Assembly (NCBI GenBank): GCA_030324005.1
Contig: JARDVH010000121.1
Location: 45,130,365-45,194,364 of the forward strand
Direction: 5' to 3'
Origin: Negaprion brevirostris
Taxonomy: Eukaryota
Length of the DNA: 64,000 nt
Part shown: in pieces, positions 50,441-63,315 of the stretch
How the letters are laid out: each line of letters begins with the position of its first letter
Position numbering within the stretch: position 1 is the first letter of the stretch
The notes under the pieces: generated by a model
Seen by the model: the letters and a program-made list of their open reading frames with translations, nothing else
Told to the model about the DNA's origin: nothing
The model's database searches: none
Position numbers and translations under genes: made by a program

Positions 50441-53400
50441 TGGGGCTTTCCAGCCCTTCCGGTTGGCAGGATCTTCTGGTCCCACCAAAGGCAATCCCAA
50501 TGGCGCTTTCCCTGGCACTGGGGACAGGCAAGCCACGCAAAATGCCATAGACATTGATAGAGCCAGTAGATCACCTGTTGGCATCCAATGGTGAACATTG
50601 GCAGTTAGCAGCTCCACTGAATCAGTGCAGCTGCCTCTTAATGAGGGAAGACTGTCTTTAAGAGTTGCAGGTTAGCTGCAACAGATGTAGCCTCCAGTCA
50701 GCTGGCAGCGTGGGTCGCCCAGGGCTACAGGCAGAATGCGTGGATTTGAGAAGGCAGCATGAAGCTTGCATGCTGCCTGTCTCAAAGGGAATGGGGTGTG
50801 AGCAGATTGTGAATCACGTTCTCTTGCCAAAAAAATAGGCCCAGTCGAATATTTTCCCCAGAAGTTTATAACTTCTAGCACTGTTCAAAAGTTTTCACTA
50901 ACAAAAAGGAGAAAGGAGGTCTACACTCAACAATATCTCTAAGTAGGCACTGTACTTTTAGCACCCAGTCCCCTTCATTTACTCTAACTCATACAGTAGA
51001 CATTGTAAACAGCTTCTTGAAACACTCAAATTCTTACACTTTTTTTTGCTCTTCATCCTGTTCTGCGGGTGACTGATGTCATTCACCAATCACATCAAAG
51101 TGTTAGGTGTAAATGGCCTTCTAAAACACCTGTTGCAGCAAACTTTGCCTGGGGGTTGCCTTCATTTAGCCTGCACAATAAAGTCTTAACTTACACAAAG
51201 AAGTTTCAAAAACTTAGCTACAAAACAAATAATTCCATCTGGAACAAATTTGGGACAGCACCTGCCGCTGGCATTGTTTACAATTCAATTCACAGATTTT
51301 TTTTTCATACATCATACTAAGTTTGTTAGTTTAACCTCCTGGTTTATTAGCTCCACTGAAAGCAAAGCTTGTAGCATCTAGTTTTTAGTCGGCGAGAACA
51401 ATAATATAAAGACAGCCTTGCATTACTGAGCACTGTAGTTAGGTTGGGCTTGGTTCTCTTTTAAGCAAAGGATGGTCGATAAACTGCCAAATTAAATCCT
51501 GCAGCTTTGCTGCAACAGTTTTGGTTGCTACGTTAAGCTTTTTTTTTGCAGGTGATAAAAATTAGATAAAGTNNNNNNNNNNTACACTGTAACCAGTGAT
51601 TTTGTGAGAAGTGCATTCAATAGTAATTACTTTTTATCGACAGATGATTGGCTTCACCATTTTGCCTGACGCTGTAGGCGTAACTTTATGAGTCTATATG
51701 CTGCCATCAGACAAGGCTGCCTACTAGCAGCTCAGGCTTGTAAGATTACCCCTTGTGGGTGATATCAGTCTACGAACGCTTAATGTGCCCATATCAAATT
51801 TCACTCTGCTTTATTTTGAAAGACGGGTTAATCTGTTTATTGCAAATGAGTTGGTGCACTATTAAAATAGTGAAGACTTGGATTAGGTACTAGAGTTACA
51901 AACAGTTTTGTACATTGGCATCGCCAGGCTGTTATGTTAAGTATCATTCTTTTAAACAATAATTTTGCAATAATTCTAGGTGTCAGCCCGCATGTAAATA
52001 TTCACCATGTCTGTCTGAGGTTTGCAACATTGTTTTCCCACTACATCAATGTAAAGTTTGAAAAGTTTCCAGGGAACTTCTATGCTAAAATTTATTTTGA
52101 ATATTGAAATTAATGTGGTTTGTTAGAAAATCAGCTGGATGTCAAAGATGCTGATTTTTTTTTAAAAAAAAGCATCAGTTGAGTTATTTTCTGAATAAAA
52201 TATTTTTAGTCCCGAGAAAGACATCACAAACACACACTTAACTTGTATAGAAGACAGTCCTGTAGACTATTCTGTCATGCTATCAAATGCCACATTGCAC
52301 TAAAAGTGAACCAGGGTCTGCTATCAAATTCCACATGAAGGGCCTTTGTTTCCACTGGCCAGAACTATCGCAAGTGAACACGTAGGTTTGCAACAAACAC
52401 ACAAACTTTTTTCTTTTGGTTACGATTATTTTTTTCTTTATCTTTACTTGCCCCCAAGAATTTCAGCTGTCGAGCCTGAGCTGCTAACAGACAAGCAAAA
52501 CTCGCTCAGAAGACATGTAGGTGTACAGCTAACAAAACTTTTCAATGATGCATGAGGCCATCAGTTTGTAAACCTTTGACCTTGAAGTGTGCGGCCTGCT
52601 GCCTGCTTTGTGTTCAGCTGGGCCTGCATCTATAATAAAGCAGCTGCTTGGAACTATGCCTGCTGCTGCAAAAAGCCAACAAAGCAGTGCGTAATTTATT
52701 TACTCTTTACAATGGTCTATTTGAACAGACTCGTAAAAAGGAAATAGAGCAGCTACAGCAGCCCGGCAGTTTCTTTAACATGTTTCATAAAAATCAATGC
52801 ATATAAGAGTAAATGTGAATAAACTAAGGTTTATGAACACACTCTAATAACTCGTGTCTATTGCCCGAGAAATGACATTAACCTCGAATTGCAGATTTTT
52901 TAAAAAAAACATTGGTCACATTCCAGCTGAACTGCAAACAAATGCTTAGCAATCACAAAAAAGTGACTGTACGCTGATTTACACAGTATTTAAAATCTAC
53001 TTTGGAGTATCGTAAATGGTGGGTTCGAAATAGCGAAAAAATATTTTCTAACAAAAACAATGTTAATGACAGGTCATTACTTTCTCAAGTTAACAGAATC
53101 ATTCAGATTTTATGGCTGTAATTTTTTTTATCATCACTTCACCTAGTTGGAGAGCAAAATTAGAACACTGCTATCAGAGGAACAGAAACTTATTTCTGAT
53201 TCTATATATGGACAGAAACTTATTGAATAAATTTGTGTTCACTCAGCCATAAACAAGCAATATGAACCTTACTATTCTTTTGAGTTTATTGCTGATCAGA
53301 CTGTAATTTTAATACATTGAAATAACTCTCTAATAATTTTCAAATCATAGAGGTCATGGTAAATAATAGTTAATTCGAAGTGGCAAACACAATTATAATC

Positions 53401-54466
53401 TACAGTGCAATACAGCCCAGTCATTGGAATTCCAAGAGGCTCTTCGATGGAGGAACTAAAACACAAATGATGCACTGAATCAAGGAAGAGTTTGTAAATG
53501 GTTCAAATTTTGTCTCAGTACAAGTATTAGATTTTCAGTGTGGATTCTTTTCTCACACGATATTGAGGGACTTAAGAACTGCACCATTAAAGGTTTGATG
53601 GAGTTAAGCAGGAAATTGAGCTGGCTGACTTTTCTCCTTTGGGACCCGTTTTCAAATCCAAAAATGGGATGGAAGTTCTCCTCTGGCTGTCTTCTGGCTG
53701 CAAGTGTATGATTTTTGTCAGTGTCAATTCAGTTTCCATTGGGCACAAAGCCGGTCCTAATTTGGCATTCACTGGCAAAGCTTTATTAAGCTTATATCAG
53801 GGCACAATGCTGACACTGGATCCTCGAAGTATAAAGAGTCCCATTGCCCAGCGCAAATATCTTTACTCTATTTAGCACGGAAAGGCAAAAACTTGAAAAA
53901 TTGATTCTAATGAGAAAAACAAAATTGAAAATATCGTGTAATTTTTAACAAAGCCTACACAGTCGCTGTGAAGACCAAAATGGCAGTTTTTGACAATGGT
54001 TTGATTCCCATAATTAATTAGAGATCAGGAGGGGATGGGATACTCACTTCCAAAAGATAGTTGACATGTAAATCAGACTCCCAGAGAAGTTAGTCGGTAT
54101 CTTTTGTAAAGGGAGATACCAATAAGGAAGGATCAGAAGGACTTAATGTTTCTTAAAGTAAGGAATCAAAAGGAAGAAAAGAGGGGAAGTTTGTGATCAA
54201 ATAATCATAGATCACATAATCATATGAATGAAGCAAGCTTAATAGATTGGTTGGCTTTTTCTTGCTCAGGACAGTTCTAAGTTGTGATTTTTTACAACAA
54301 TATAGCATTGCATTTCTGTTGAAATACTGTGAAAGAAAACCACCAGATAAGCCATAACACAGACGATGGCCTTATCACCTGCATCACTCAATTAATCAGG
54401 GTAGAGTACAAATTTACATTGTGCTAGTGTCGAACTTTATATGCTGGTAGTGCATATCAGAAACGT

Positions 54467-54676
54467 GGGCCAGAATTCTCTGGCCATTCATGCCGGCGGG
54501 ATTCTCCTGTCCCACTGGAAGTGCACCCCCGCCCACGGATTTCCTGCCGGCATGGGGTGACATCAATGGGAATTCCCATTGACAGCAGTGGGACCAGAGA
54601 ATCCCGCCCCTGGCAAACAACGCGCCACCTCCCGCTGGGGAGAAACACGCGGCTAGGAAGCCGGAGAATCTCGCCC
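54467..54676. mobile_element. MITE, about 210 bp
   Basis: TIR gggccagaattctc / gagaatctcgccc; internal inverted repeats; retains many CpGs. Relatives at about 50440-50555 and 61467-61970. Confidence 0.75.
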
Positions 54677-56987
54677 GCGTACCCAACATGATTTTTCCAG
54701 ATGTACCCAAATTCTTGTTAAGTGCTATCCTGGGCAAAATTCAATGCACAAATTCATGAATCTACCTCTGCAATTACGGGCAGGATCCTCTGTCCCCCGC
54801 TCACCGCCCCATGACCTTCCTCCACCTTACGTCATCTTATCCAAGATCATGTAATCAACCTAGCAAGTTACAGTTTCTAATCATCTTACAGTAGCTTTCA
54901 CAAGTTAGGCAAAGAGTTAGAAATGCCAAACCAAAAGTCAAATGTCCTGCAACAGTAATGTCTACCAGGTAGACTTTCTTGTGTTTCTTCCTCGGCTACA
55001 GGGTATGACAATGCCGTACAGGATTTTAATGATCCTGCAGACCCTCTGAACTCCCTTGTCTTGCAAAGTTCTGTACTGGGAATACAAATCTGTATCATTT
55101 CACTGTAACATTACAGCTGGAATACATTGATATGTTCCCAGACAAAAACACAAGCTGGAGATATGAACAGAAATTTTATGAACTCTCACTCCTAGCAAGG
55201 AGCTTTCCTGCTGAGGGTTCTTATTGGGAATTTGTAAACATATCCCCAGAATCTTCTATCTGTTATAAATGGAAATGTGTGGGTGGCACAAACACCAAAA
55301 TTCCTGAACACTGAAACTCCACATCAGGAGAGTGAATTCAACAAATTATCACTCACACAGTGGACATGGGTCCTTTATATGGAAACATATCAATGTAATC
55401 TAGTAAAAGTCATACTGTCTTTGAAAATCAATGGCGTCCCCAGAAGATGCATGTCAACTCACTTGGAAAAGTTCTGAACAGTTGGAACAGTTGTTCCCAG
55501 TGGTCAGAATCTGTGCAGTAAAAATACTATGCCTTAATACAAACTGTAGCCAGATGTCAGGCCAAGCAAACCAACCCCAAACTTGGGACAATTCAGTTCC
55601 CTGTTGTACTTACTTTTCTCACCCACTGGTTTGAATCACAGTAGCCTGAGGGCTTTAGACAAAGCTGTTCACGTATTGATGGATAAATCCTAAATTGCAA
55701 CAGCAAAATCTGTTAGCACTGGTAATTGATGCAAATTGACAGCAATATGGATTTAAACTTTATGCTCGGTTCCTGAGGTTCTGCAGCACCCCTACTGAAA
55801 CATTTATCTCACATTTTGAAAATTGCTATTTGAAAAGGACAGAATGCCACTGTATTCCCTATTGCAAGCAATAACGCTGTTCTGCTACTAAGGCACAGTA
55901 AGCGCTTCCCCTTCAGCATCAGGTACACCTATAGGTATCTTCTGTAGACGATATGCTTGTTGTTTGTTGACTTGCTACAGTGCTGCAGAGCAAACATATT
56001 TTCATTGGTTAGGCACAAAGAGTTACATGTGAGAAATAGAATTAACTTTAGGACTTTTGACATTTTCCACTTGCAATGTTAAGATGTGGACTGAAATATG
56101 TAAGTATTTATTGCACACTGCTTTGGCATCTAATCCAAGGCAAAATCACTGGAAGACTGTGACTGAGAGGGCTGAGCAATCGACTAAGTGCATTTTGGTT
56201 TGAAAAAGTTATGCTGACTTTGCAGAAGCATGCAAACGTAAAATTGTTTAAAAATCTTGAAGAAAAATTTTAAAGAATCTTGGAGCCACAACCATGCTTA
56301 TTGTTATGATCATTAAGTTAGTTGTTGAACCCTCCCAGAAAAGCACTCTCTCTCTTTGCTCTGTCCCAACAATGTTCTTCACTTTCTAATGAGAATCCTC
56401 TTTTGTACTACTTCCCAGGTAATGCACATTCACTGGGCTCTTTCAATTAATGCTAAATTAGGGTGTCTAGTCCTGTAAGCATATGGCAACTAGTAATTGT
56501 ATTAAGGCTGCCCAAACTCCCATATCTTGAGACATCTGTAGCCAGGCAGACAGAGAAGACTTTCACACCATGACTACAGACTGGATTGTAATCTGTGTCC
56601 CAGAGATAAGAGGCCAGGATAAGAGGCTGAAAGGCTGCACCACCATCAAGTCCTTCAAATAAAAACTTTTATTTTTGTTGTAAATTTTATTTTTGTACAC
56701 CAATGTTCATATTTTTGTAAGGGAGCTCATTGATTGAAATTTTGGAAACAATAACAACATATGTAGATAACTTAAGAACTTAACTAAAAAACCTTATCAG
56801 CACAAGCTAACACAGGTCAGAAAAAATACATGGCACACATGAGAACCCGACCAGTGCCTGATAAACTGCTCAAACAAAAATATAAGGTAGAGCTTTTGGT
56901 ACAGAATACTACAAACCATGTTTCTTCTACAAATTTGTCTGATGGTTATTGATACAAGATTCCCTATTGTTCAAAAAAAGAAATAAA

Positions 56988-57285
56988 ATGAACTTGGAAT
57001 TTCCACAGCGCTTTGTTACAATGCTTAGAATGCTTTAACTGATTTCATATCCAATTAGCACCATCACTGTTGCTATGTGAGTGCAACATCTATTTTTGTG
57101 CAAAATAACAACTATGAGATGAGTAACCAACATTTTATGTTGAGGGCATTGGCTGAGAAAGGAATGATTTTTAGGGCACCAGCAGGAGTCAAACGGAGCC
57201 TTTAAAAAAGACTCCTATGATTTTTAACATCTACTTGAACAGGAAGATAGGGGCTTAGCATCTTTAACAATGCTGCACTACTTTT
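56988..57285 (-). mobile_element. Decayed DeuSINE/SacSINE1-like SINE
   Basis: aacttggaattt...catcactgttgctatgtgag...gatttttaacatctacttga resembles the reversed tail and Deu domain. Confidence 0.45.
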
Positions 57286-57444
57286 GGAAATTATTTTTAC
57301 ACTATTAATACAGTAAAGCAAATGCAATTTCACTGGCACCGCTCACATTTTTTTCTCTCTACAGTCCCATGGTTCTGCTCACATTGAGCCTGAGGCTATG
57401 GGCCTCAGAAACAGTTTTGTATCTAACTTGGGGCGAACATGCAC

Positions 57445-57806
57445 AAGAAGGTTAAGAGGTGATTTAATAGAGGCATATAAGATGATCAGAGGATTAGATA
57501 AGGTGGGCAGTGAGAGCCTTTTTCCTTGGATGGAGGTTGCTAGCACGAGGGGACATAGCTTTAAATTGAGGGGTGATAGATATAGGACAGATGTCAGAGG
57601 TGAGTTCTTTACTCAGAGAGTAGTAAGGGTGTGGAATGCCCTGCCTGCAACAGTAGTGGACTCGCCAACATTAAGGGCATTTAAATGGTCATTGGGTAAA
57701 CATATCGATGAAATCGGAATAGTGTAGGTTAGGTGGGCTTTAGATTGGTTTCACAGGTCAGTGCAACATCGAAGGCCAAAGGGCCTGTACTGCACTGTAA
57801 TGTTCT
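57445..57806 (+). mobile_element. CR1 LINE 3' end, little decayed
   Basis: ORF 57398..57727 RRLRGDLIEAYKMIRGLDKV...RGHSFKLRG...FFTQRVVRVWNALP runs intact to its stop. Confidence 0.93.
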
Positions 57807-57807
57807 A

Positions 57808-58455
57808 GATTTTCATGCAGGGAGTGGTGGGTGCCTGGAACACGCTGTTAAAGGAGGTGGTGGAAGCAGGCAAATTAGCAACATTTATGAAATGGTGCAT
57901 GAATAGGGAAGAATAGAGGGATATGGACTGAGTGAAAGCAGAAAATGTTTTAGTGTAATTTAGGGCATCGTGATCAGCACAGGATTGGAGGGCCGAAGGG
58001 CCTGTTCCAGTGCTTTACTTTTCTTGGTTCTTTGTTCTTAATTGTGTTCTTATTCTCTGGAAAATACGAGACAATCTCATTGTAAGCTGCAAGATTCTGA
58101 AGGGGGGCTGATGGAGTGGATGCGAAGAGATCATTCCTGCTGGACGGGGAATCTGAAACATGAGCGGTACAGTTTCAGAATAAGGTGCCAATTATTTAGG
58201 ACTGAGGTGAGAAGAAATTACTTCAATCAAAAGTTTGTGAATTTTTGGAATTCTCCACTTCAGGGGTTTGTGGGTTTTCTATCACTGAATATAATGAAGG
58301 TTGGGATAAACAGTTTCCTGGTATTTCATGGGAATGAAGGGATATGGGGAATGAGGGGATATGGAGTTTAAATGCAAGATTAACCGTGATCGTACTGAAT
58401 AGCAGGGCATGTTCAATGGGATGAATGGTCAGCTCCTGCTCCTATTTCCTGTGCT
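57808..58455 (+). mobile_element. Two further tandem CR1 3'-end fragments
   Basis: gtggtgggtgcctggaacacgctg... and YSFRIRCQLFRTEVRRNYFNQKFVNFWNSP (ORF 58042..58371). Confidence 0.75.
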
Positions 58456-58771
58456 CTTGAGGCTAACGGTTGCTGTTTGAGAGACAGATGACAAGAAGAT
58501 TTCTGAACTATTTATGGGGATAAATCACATTGGGAAAAGCAAGTTCATTGATTGTACCTTGAAAACTGAGGTCTCACGTCTCAACACGCAAATACTTCTG
58601 CTCAGAAAAACTGTGATGGAAACTGAACTGAACTGCTGAAATTAGGATTAATATCGTTTCAGATGTTCAAAATGTGCTTTGGAATCCTGACTAGTCTGAT
58701 TGTATTCTATAAAGTATGGTTCTGAGAAATTGTTCCAATTTGTGGTAACCTTAATCATGTAAAGCTCCAAT

Positions 58772-58861
58772 AGACTCATAGAGTCATAGAGGTTTACAGC
58801 ACGGAAACAGGCCCTTCGGCCCAACTTGTCCATGCCGCCCTTTTTTTTAAACCCATAAACT
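58772..58861 (-). mobile_element. CR1 3' tail, same subfamily as 1-503
   Basis: Reverse complement matches about 420-500 (ggcatggacaagttgggccgaaggg...aacctctatgactctatga). Confidence 0.85.
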
Positions 58862-58961
58862 NNNNNNNNNNNNNNNNNNNNNNNNNNNNNNNNNNNNNNN
58901 NNNNNNNNNNNNNNNNNNNNNNNNNNNNNNNNNNNNNNNNNNNNNNNNNNNNNNNNNNNNN

Positions 58962-59128
58962 GGAATGCCCTGCCTGCAACAGTAGTGGACTCGCCAACAT
59001 TAAGGGCATTTAAATGGTCATTGGATAAACATATGGATAATATTGGAATAGTGTAGGTTAGATAGGCTTTAGATTGGTTTCACAGGTCGGCGCAACATCG
59101 AGGGCCGAAGGACCTGTACTGCACTGTG
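58962..59128 (+). mobile_element. CR1 3' end closely matching 57633-57800
   Basis: ggaatgccctgcctgcaacagtagtggactcgccaacattaagggcatttaaatggtcattgg is identical to the copy 1.3 kb upstream. Confidence 0.9.
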
Positions 59129-59849
59129 ATGAACCATCTATGAACCATCCACCAGAACTGATTAGCAAGACGAGCATGAGCAATTAGTCCTCTTGCAGCA
59201 ATAGGAAGCTTCAGACATGCTGGGATTGGCAGTTGTGTCCCCAGAAGCAATCTGCTGATTGTGAAGGGGACAAAGGACATACCTATTGGACCTACTGTGA
59301 ATCCTGTGAGGCAGGAGATCAGGGGCAAGCCAGTGATGCCAACAATGCATTCTTCCTCCTCTGGCTCCATAGTTAGAGAGGCAAATTTAAAAAAAAAACA
59401 ATGGCTAGGTTGTTGTTCACCTGAGAAAACTGTGGCACACTACAATCAGTATCAGAAATTGGAAGCAGGTCGCTGATTCGCCTCGGCCATGGACCTGAAT
59501 CAGGTACTCTGAATGTTAGAAGGCACTTTAATAAATATAGCATGTGATGCATGCCTGGTGTAGAATTTAAATCACGCACATCACTTGCCCTTCACATCCA
59601 ATTTCTAGGCCATGTTATTTTTTTGCAGCAGGAGCATAACACCATGTAATGCATAAATGATTATGCTGTTTCTGAAGTGGAATTGTACGTAATCTGCCAT
59701 ATCGCTAGACTAATTGTGGTAAATAGGTATTTCCTGAGGTCAATTAAAGGGTATTTTCTGTTGTTGGATAAGTTTCTCTGCAATTATCAGGGGATGATTA
59801 GTGTTCTCTTACTTTTATTACCAAATCTTGTAATTACACATGACACACA

Positions 59850-60170
59850 TGGACAGCACCGTGGCACAGTAGCTAGCACAGCTGCCTCACAGTGCCAGTC
59901 ACCTAAGTTCAATTCCCAGCTTGGGTCACTGTCTGTGTAGAGTTTGTATATTCTCCTCATGTCTGCGTGGGTTTCCTCCAGGTGCTCCAGTTACCTCCCA
60001 CAGTCCAAAGATGTGCAGGTTAGGTGGATTGGCCATGCTAAATTGCCCGTTGGTGTCAGGGGGTCTAGCTAGACTAAATGCATGGGATTATGGGGATAGG
60101 GCATGGGTGGGATTGTGGTCGGCGTAGCCTCGATGGGCCAAATGGCCTCTTTCTACACTGTAGAATTCTA
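59850..60170 (+). mobile_element. Full-length HE1-type V-SINE
   Basis: gtggcacagtagctagcacagctgcctcacagtgcc...V-domain...ctgtagaattctatg. Confidence 0.9.
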
Positions 60171-61267
60171 TGTGCGTGAAAAGTATGATGGCCACTTCCC
60201 AGTATATCACAGGTTTGCTTAGCACAACCCACGTTGAGACTTGCTTGCTAAAATTGAACTTCTTGTATGTCGCTACTACTGTAAACAAATAACTAAAATG
60301 AAATTCTAAGTTTTATTACATTTTTGAATGGGATGCATCTTTTAGAGTATAACTGGTAATGTTTAGACATGCTCAACAGCAGGACAAAGTGACGAGTAAA
60401 ATATATACTCTCCAAAGGAAGCACTGCAACAGCTTAACAAATTTACTTTGATGACTTTTTTATCGTTAGTACAATTCACATTACAGATTGATGTTTTAGA
60501 AGTGTTTAAAAGTACAACAGATGCGACAGGGTAGATAAGAGCAGGCTTTTCCACTAGCTGATGGTTGAGGGATCAATAATGAGGGTCCATGGTAGACAAT
60601 TAAATGTAAGAAATTAGAATTAATGGCAGGGAAAACATTTTTGCACAAATCATTACAGGACGGTGCAATTCATACGTGGGCTGTGGATGAAGCAGGACCT
60701 GTGTCAACAGTGAAGATTAGATTATATATAGATGGATAAAGGGATGTAGGAAAGGTGTAATGTGATTAGAACTATTTATGTCAATAAATTTGTATAATTA
60801 ATCAGACTTACATTTTCAAGTTGTACTGTTATATAAGCTGAATCTTAAAGTCTTAATTCGTATGTATTGTTGGGATGGTTCATGAATTTTGGGACATTTG
60901 TTAAGCAAGCTGTAATGTTGGCAGCTCTTTAAGTTCAACATAATAAAATGTCTGAAGACCCTCCACAGGAAGATTATCAAACAAAATTGGACCCTGAGTC
61001 ACATATAGAGATAATCAGGACAAATATGTGTATAACTTGGTCAATGGTAGGTTTTAAGGAATAGAGAGGTAGAGAGGTGGAGAGACTTGGGAAGAAATTC
61101 TAACAATGCTGGAATGATTAAAATCAAAGATGCGCAAGAGGCCAGAATTGGAGAAGTGGTGAGATCTTGGACAGTTGTAGGGCTGATGAGAAGAACAAGA
61201 ACATTATCATCACAAAAATACCTTCACCCCTCAGTTGCCCTCCAAGCCCCACTGATTTGAACATATT

Positions 61268-61352
61268 GGCTGGGATTCTCCCAGCCCGCTGTGCTGCTCC
61301 CATTTTCCTGCCTGTTGGGCATTTAGCTTTCTTTTCCAGGAGAATCCCGGCT
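61268..61352. mobile_element. Tiny MITE, about 85 bp
   Basis: ggctgggattctcc ... ggagaatcccggct terminal inverted repeat. Confidence 0.6.
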
Positions 61353-61608
61353 ATTATCATCATTGTTTATCATCAAAATCTTTGAATTTTCTACCAAACA
61401 GCACTTTGAGATCACTGTCACCAGCAATTTTGAAAGGGCCCACTGCCACCTTGTCAGAGCAACAAGGGCCAGAACCTTCCAGACTCCCTGTGGTGGGTTT
61501 TCCCGTGGCGAACGCGGCTCACCACTGGTGGGATCTTCCCACTCTCATTGAAGTGGATGGCAATTTGCATGGCTTGCCTATCTCTGCTGCTGGGAAACCT
61601 GTGGCAGA

Positions 61609-61911
61609 ATCATAGAATCCCAACAGTGCAGAAGGAAATTTGGCCCATTGAGCCTGCATTGACAACAATCCCACGCAGTCTCTAACCCCGTAACTCCATG
61701 TATTTACTTTGCTAGTCCCCCTGACACTAAGGGACAATTTACCACGGTCAATCAACCTAAGCTGCACATCTTTGAAGTGTGGGAGGAAAGCAGAGCACCC
61801 TGAGGAAACTCATGCAGACACAGAGAGAATGTGCAAACTCCTCACAGTCATCCGAGGCCAGAATTGAATCCAGGTCCCTGGGTCTCTGGCGCTGTGAAGC
61901 AGCAATGCTAA
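61609..61911 (-). mobile_element. HE1-type V-SINE nested in a MITE (about 61467-61970)
   Basis: atcatagaatcccaacagtgcagaagg...gcgctgtgaagcagcaatgctaac, flanked by gggccagaacctt and gaaaatcccagcc. Confidence 0.87.
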
Positions 61912-62619
61912 CTTCGACTTCAGCAAGACCAGAAGATCCTGCTGGCAGGAGGGACCAGAAAATCCCAGCCTGAGAATAGACAATAGAGATAGTTTTACCA
62001 ATGCCATTTACATTCCAAGAATAAAGAAAAACACAATTATTGCCTTCGACTGGTGCTTAACCTTTCACTAAATAACAGCCCCAAATTGAACCTGTGAAGC
62101 AGTTTCTGTTACATACTGCCTCATTTCACTCTCCCTTGCACAATAAAGTAAGAAATACAATGTGCTCTTGTTAGGGAGTACAGTATAACTGATTTCCTTC
62201 TGTTGTTCCTGCCACTTATTATTTCGCATTACACTTATGTCAGCTGGACGTGAGACCAAAGTAACACTAGAACTAATGGACTGCAAAACTACGCACTTAA
62301 CGCAAAATTACAATTATTATTGTACACTTAGCACAACAGGTTTTGACAGAAATGAACGGAGAAAAGTGTCGGGTTATCTTTAAACAAAAACTGAACATCA
62401 GAGTAGCTACTTTGCCAGCTGAAATGGGACAGATCATGCCACGATTTTACATCAAACCGTACAGGTCACCTAATTTCTTTTGAAATTCCAGCTTGTTAAA
62501 GAAAAAATAGTTTCTCCAAGTTAACGGCTTCAAAATAAACTGTGGCCACGGTAAAAGGTGGAGAATTACAACAAGCTGCCACTCTAAAACCTTTCCACGC
62601 AGCTGCAAGATCAATTAAT

Positions 62620-63315
62620 GGACAGAATTTTCACTGCCAAGGCAGGGGCAGGGTTGTGAGTGAAACTAAGTCAGGATTATGAGAACACACTGCCCATTTC
62701 CAGGTTCCACTGGGACAGGTTTGCAGGTGAGCAGGGAAGCCTGCTTGCAGCTGTCAGTTAAGTAAGTGCCATGTGCAAATAGGTGATTAATTGCTGTTTT
62801 AGCCAATCATTCTTGTTTAACAGCCAGCATACCTGAGCTGTCAGCAACAGCCCAGAGTCAACCAATTTAGTACTGCTTCAGTGAAACTGCGAGGCTGGAA
62901 AGCTTTGCACAGTAAAACTAAAAAGCTTCAGCCATGCCAGGTAGGAGGCTATTGTTCACAACACTTCTCTTGGGAGTGTGCTTTCATTGCTTGACAGGCG
63001 ATTGCCAACTTCTTCAATATCGGTTGGTTCAGCCTGTCTGTCACCTCGTTTTCCTGGTGTCAGTCTGCGCCCTGAGGTCATCATCAACAGCAGTCCTAGC
63101 CGCCTTCTTCTCAGTCAAAGTCAATTCCAATGGGCAGAGGGAATAGTCACAAAGATGCAGTTCAAAAGGGACGATGTGTCTAGAGGCAGACAGAGGATAA
63201 ACTTTCTTGATATGTCTGAGCACCAGTTCCTCCTGAGGCTCAGGTTTTCGCAGCAGATTACTGAAGGCATCTACAACCTCCTGGAACAAGACCTCCTTCC
63301 CCGTGGACCAGGTAG
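62620..63315 (+). mobile_element. Truncated Harbinger transposon (left end plus transposase N-terminus)
   Basis: ggacagaattttc end; ORF 62978..63391 RQRINFLDMSEHQFLLRLRFSQQITEGIYNLLEQDLLPRG is a HARBI1-like N-terminal HTH region. Confidence 0.72.

Noticed and set aside
52147-52176. GATGCT...T9A8...AGCATC hairpin
   Set aside because: Mostly homopolymer-driven; no evidence of function.
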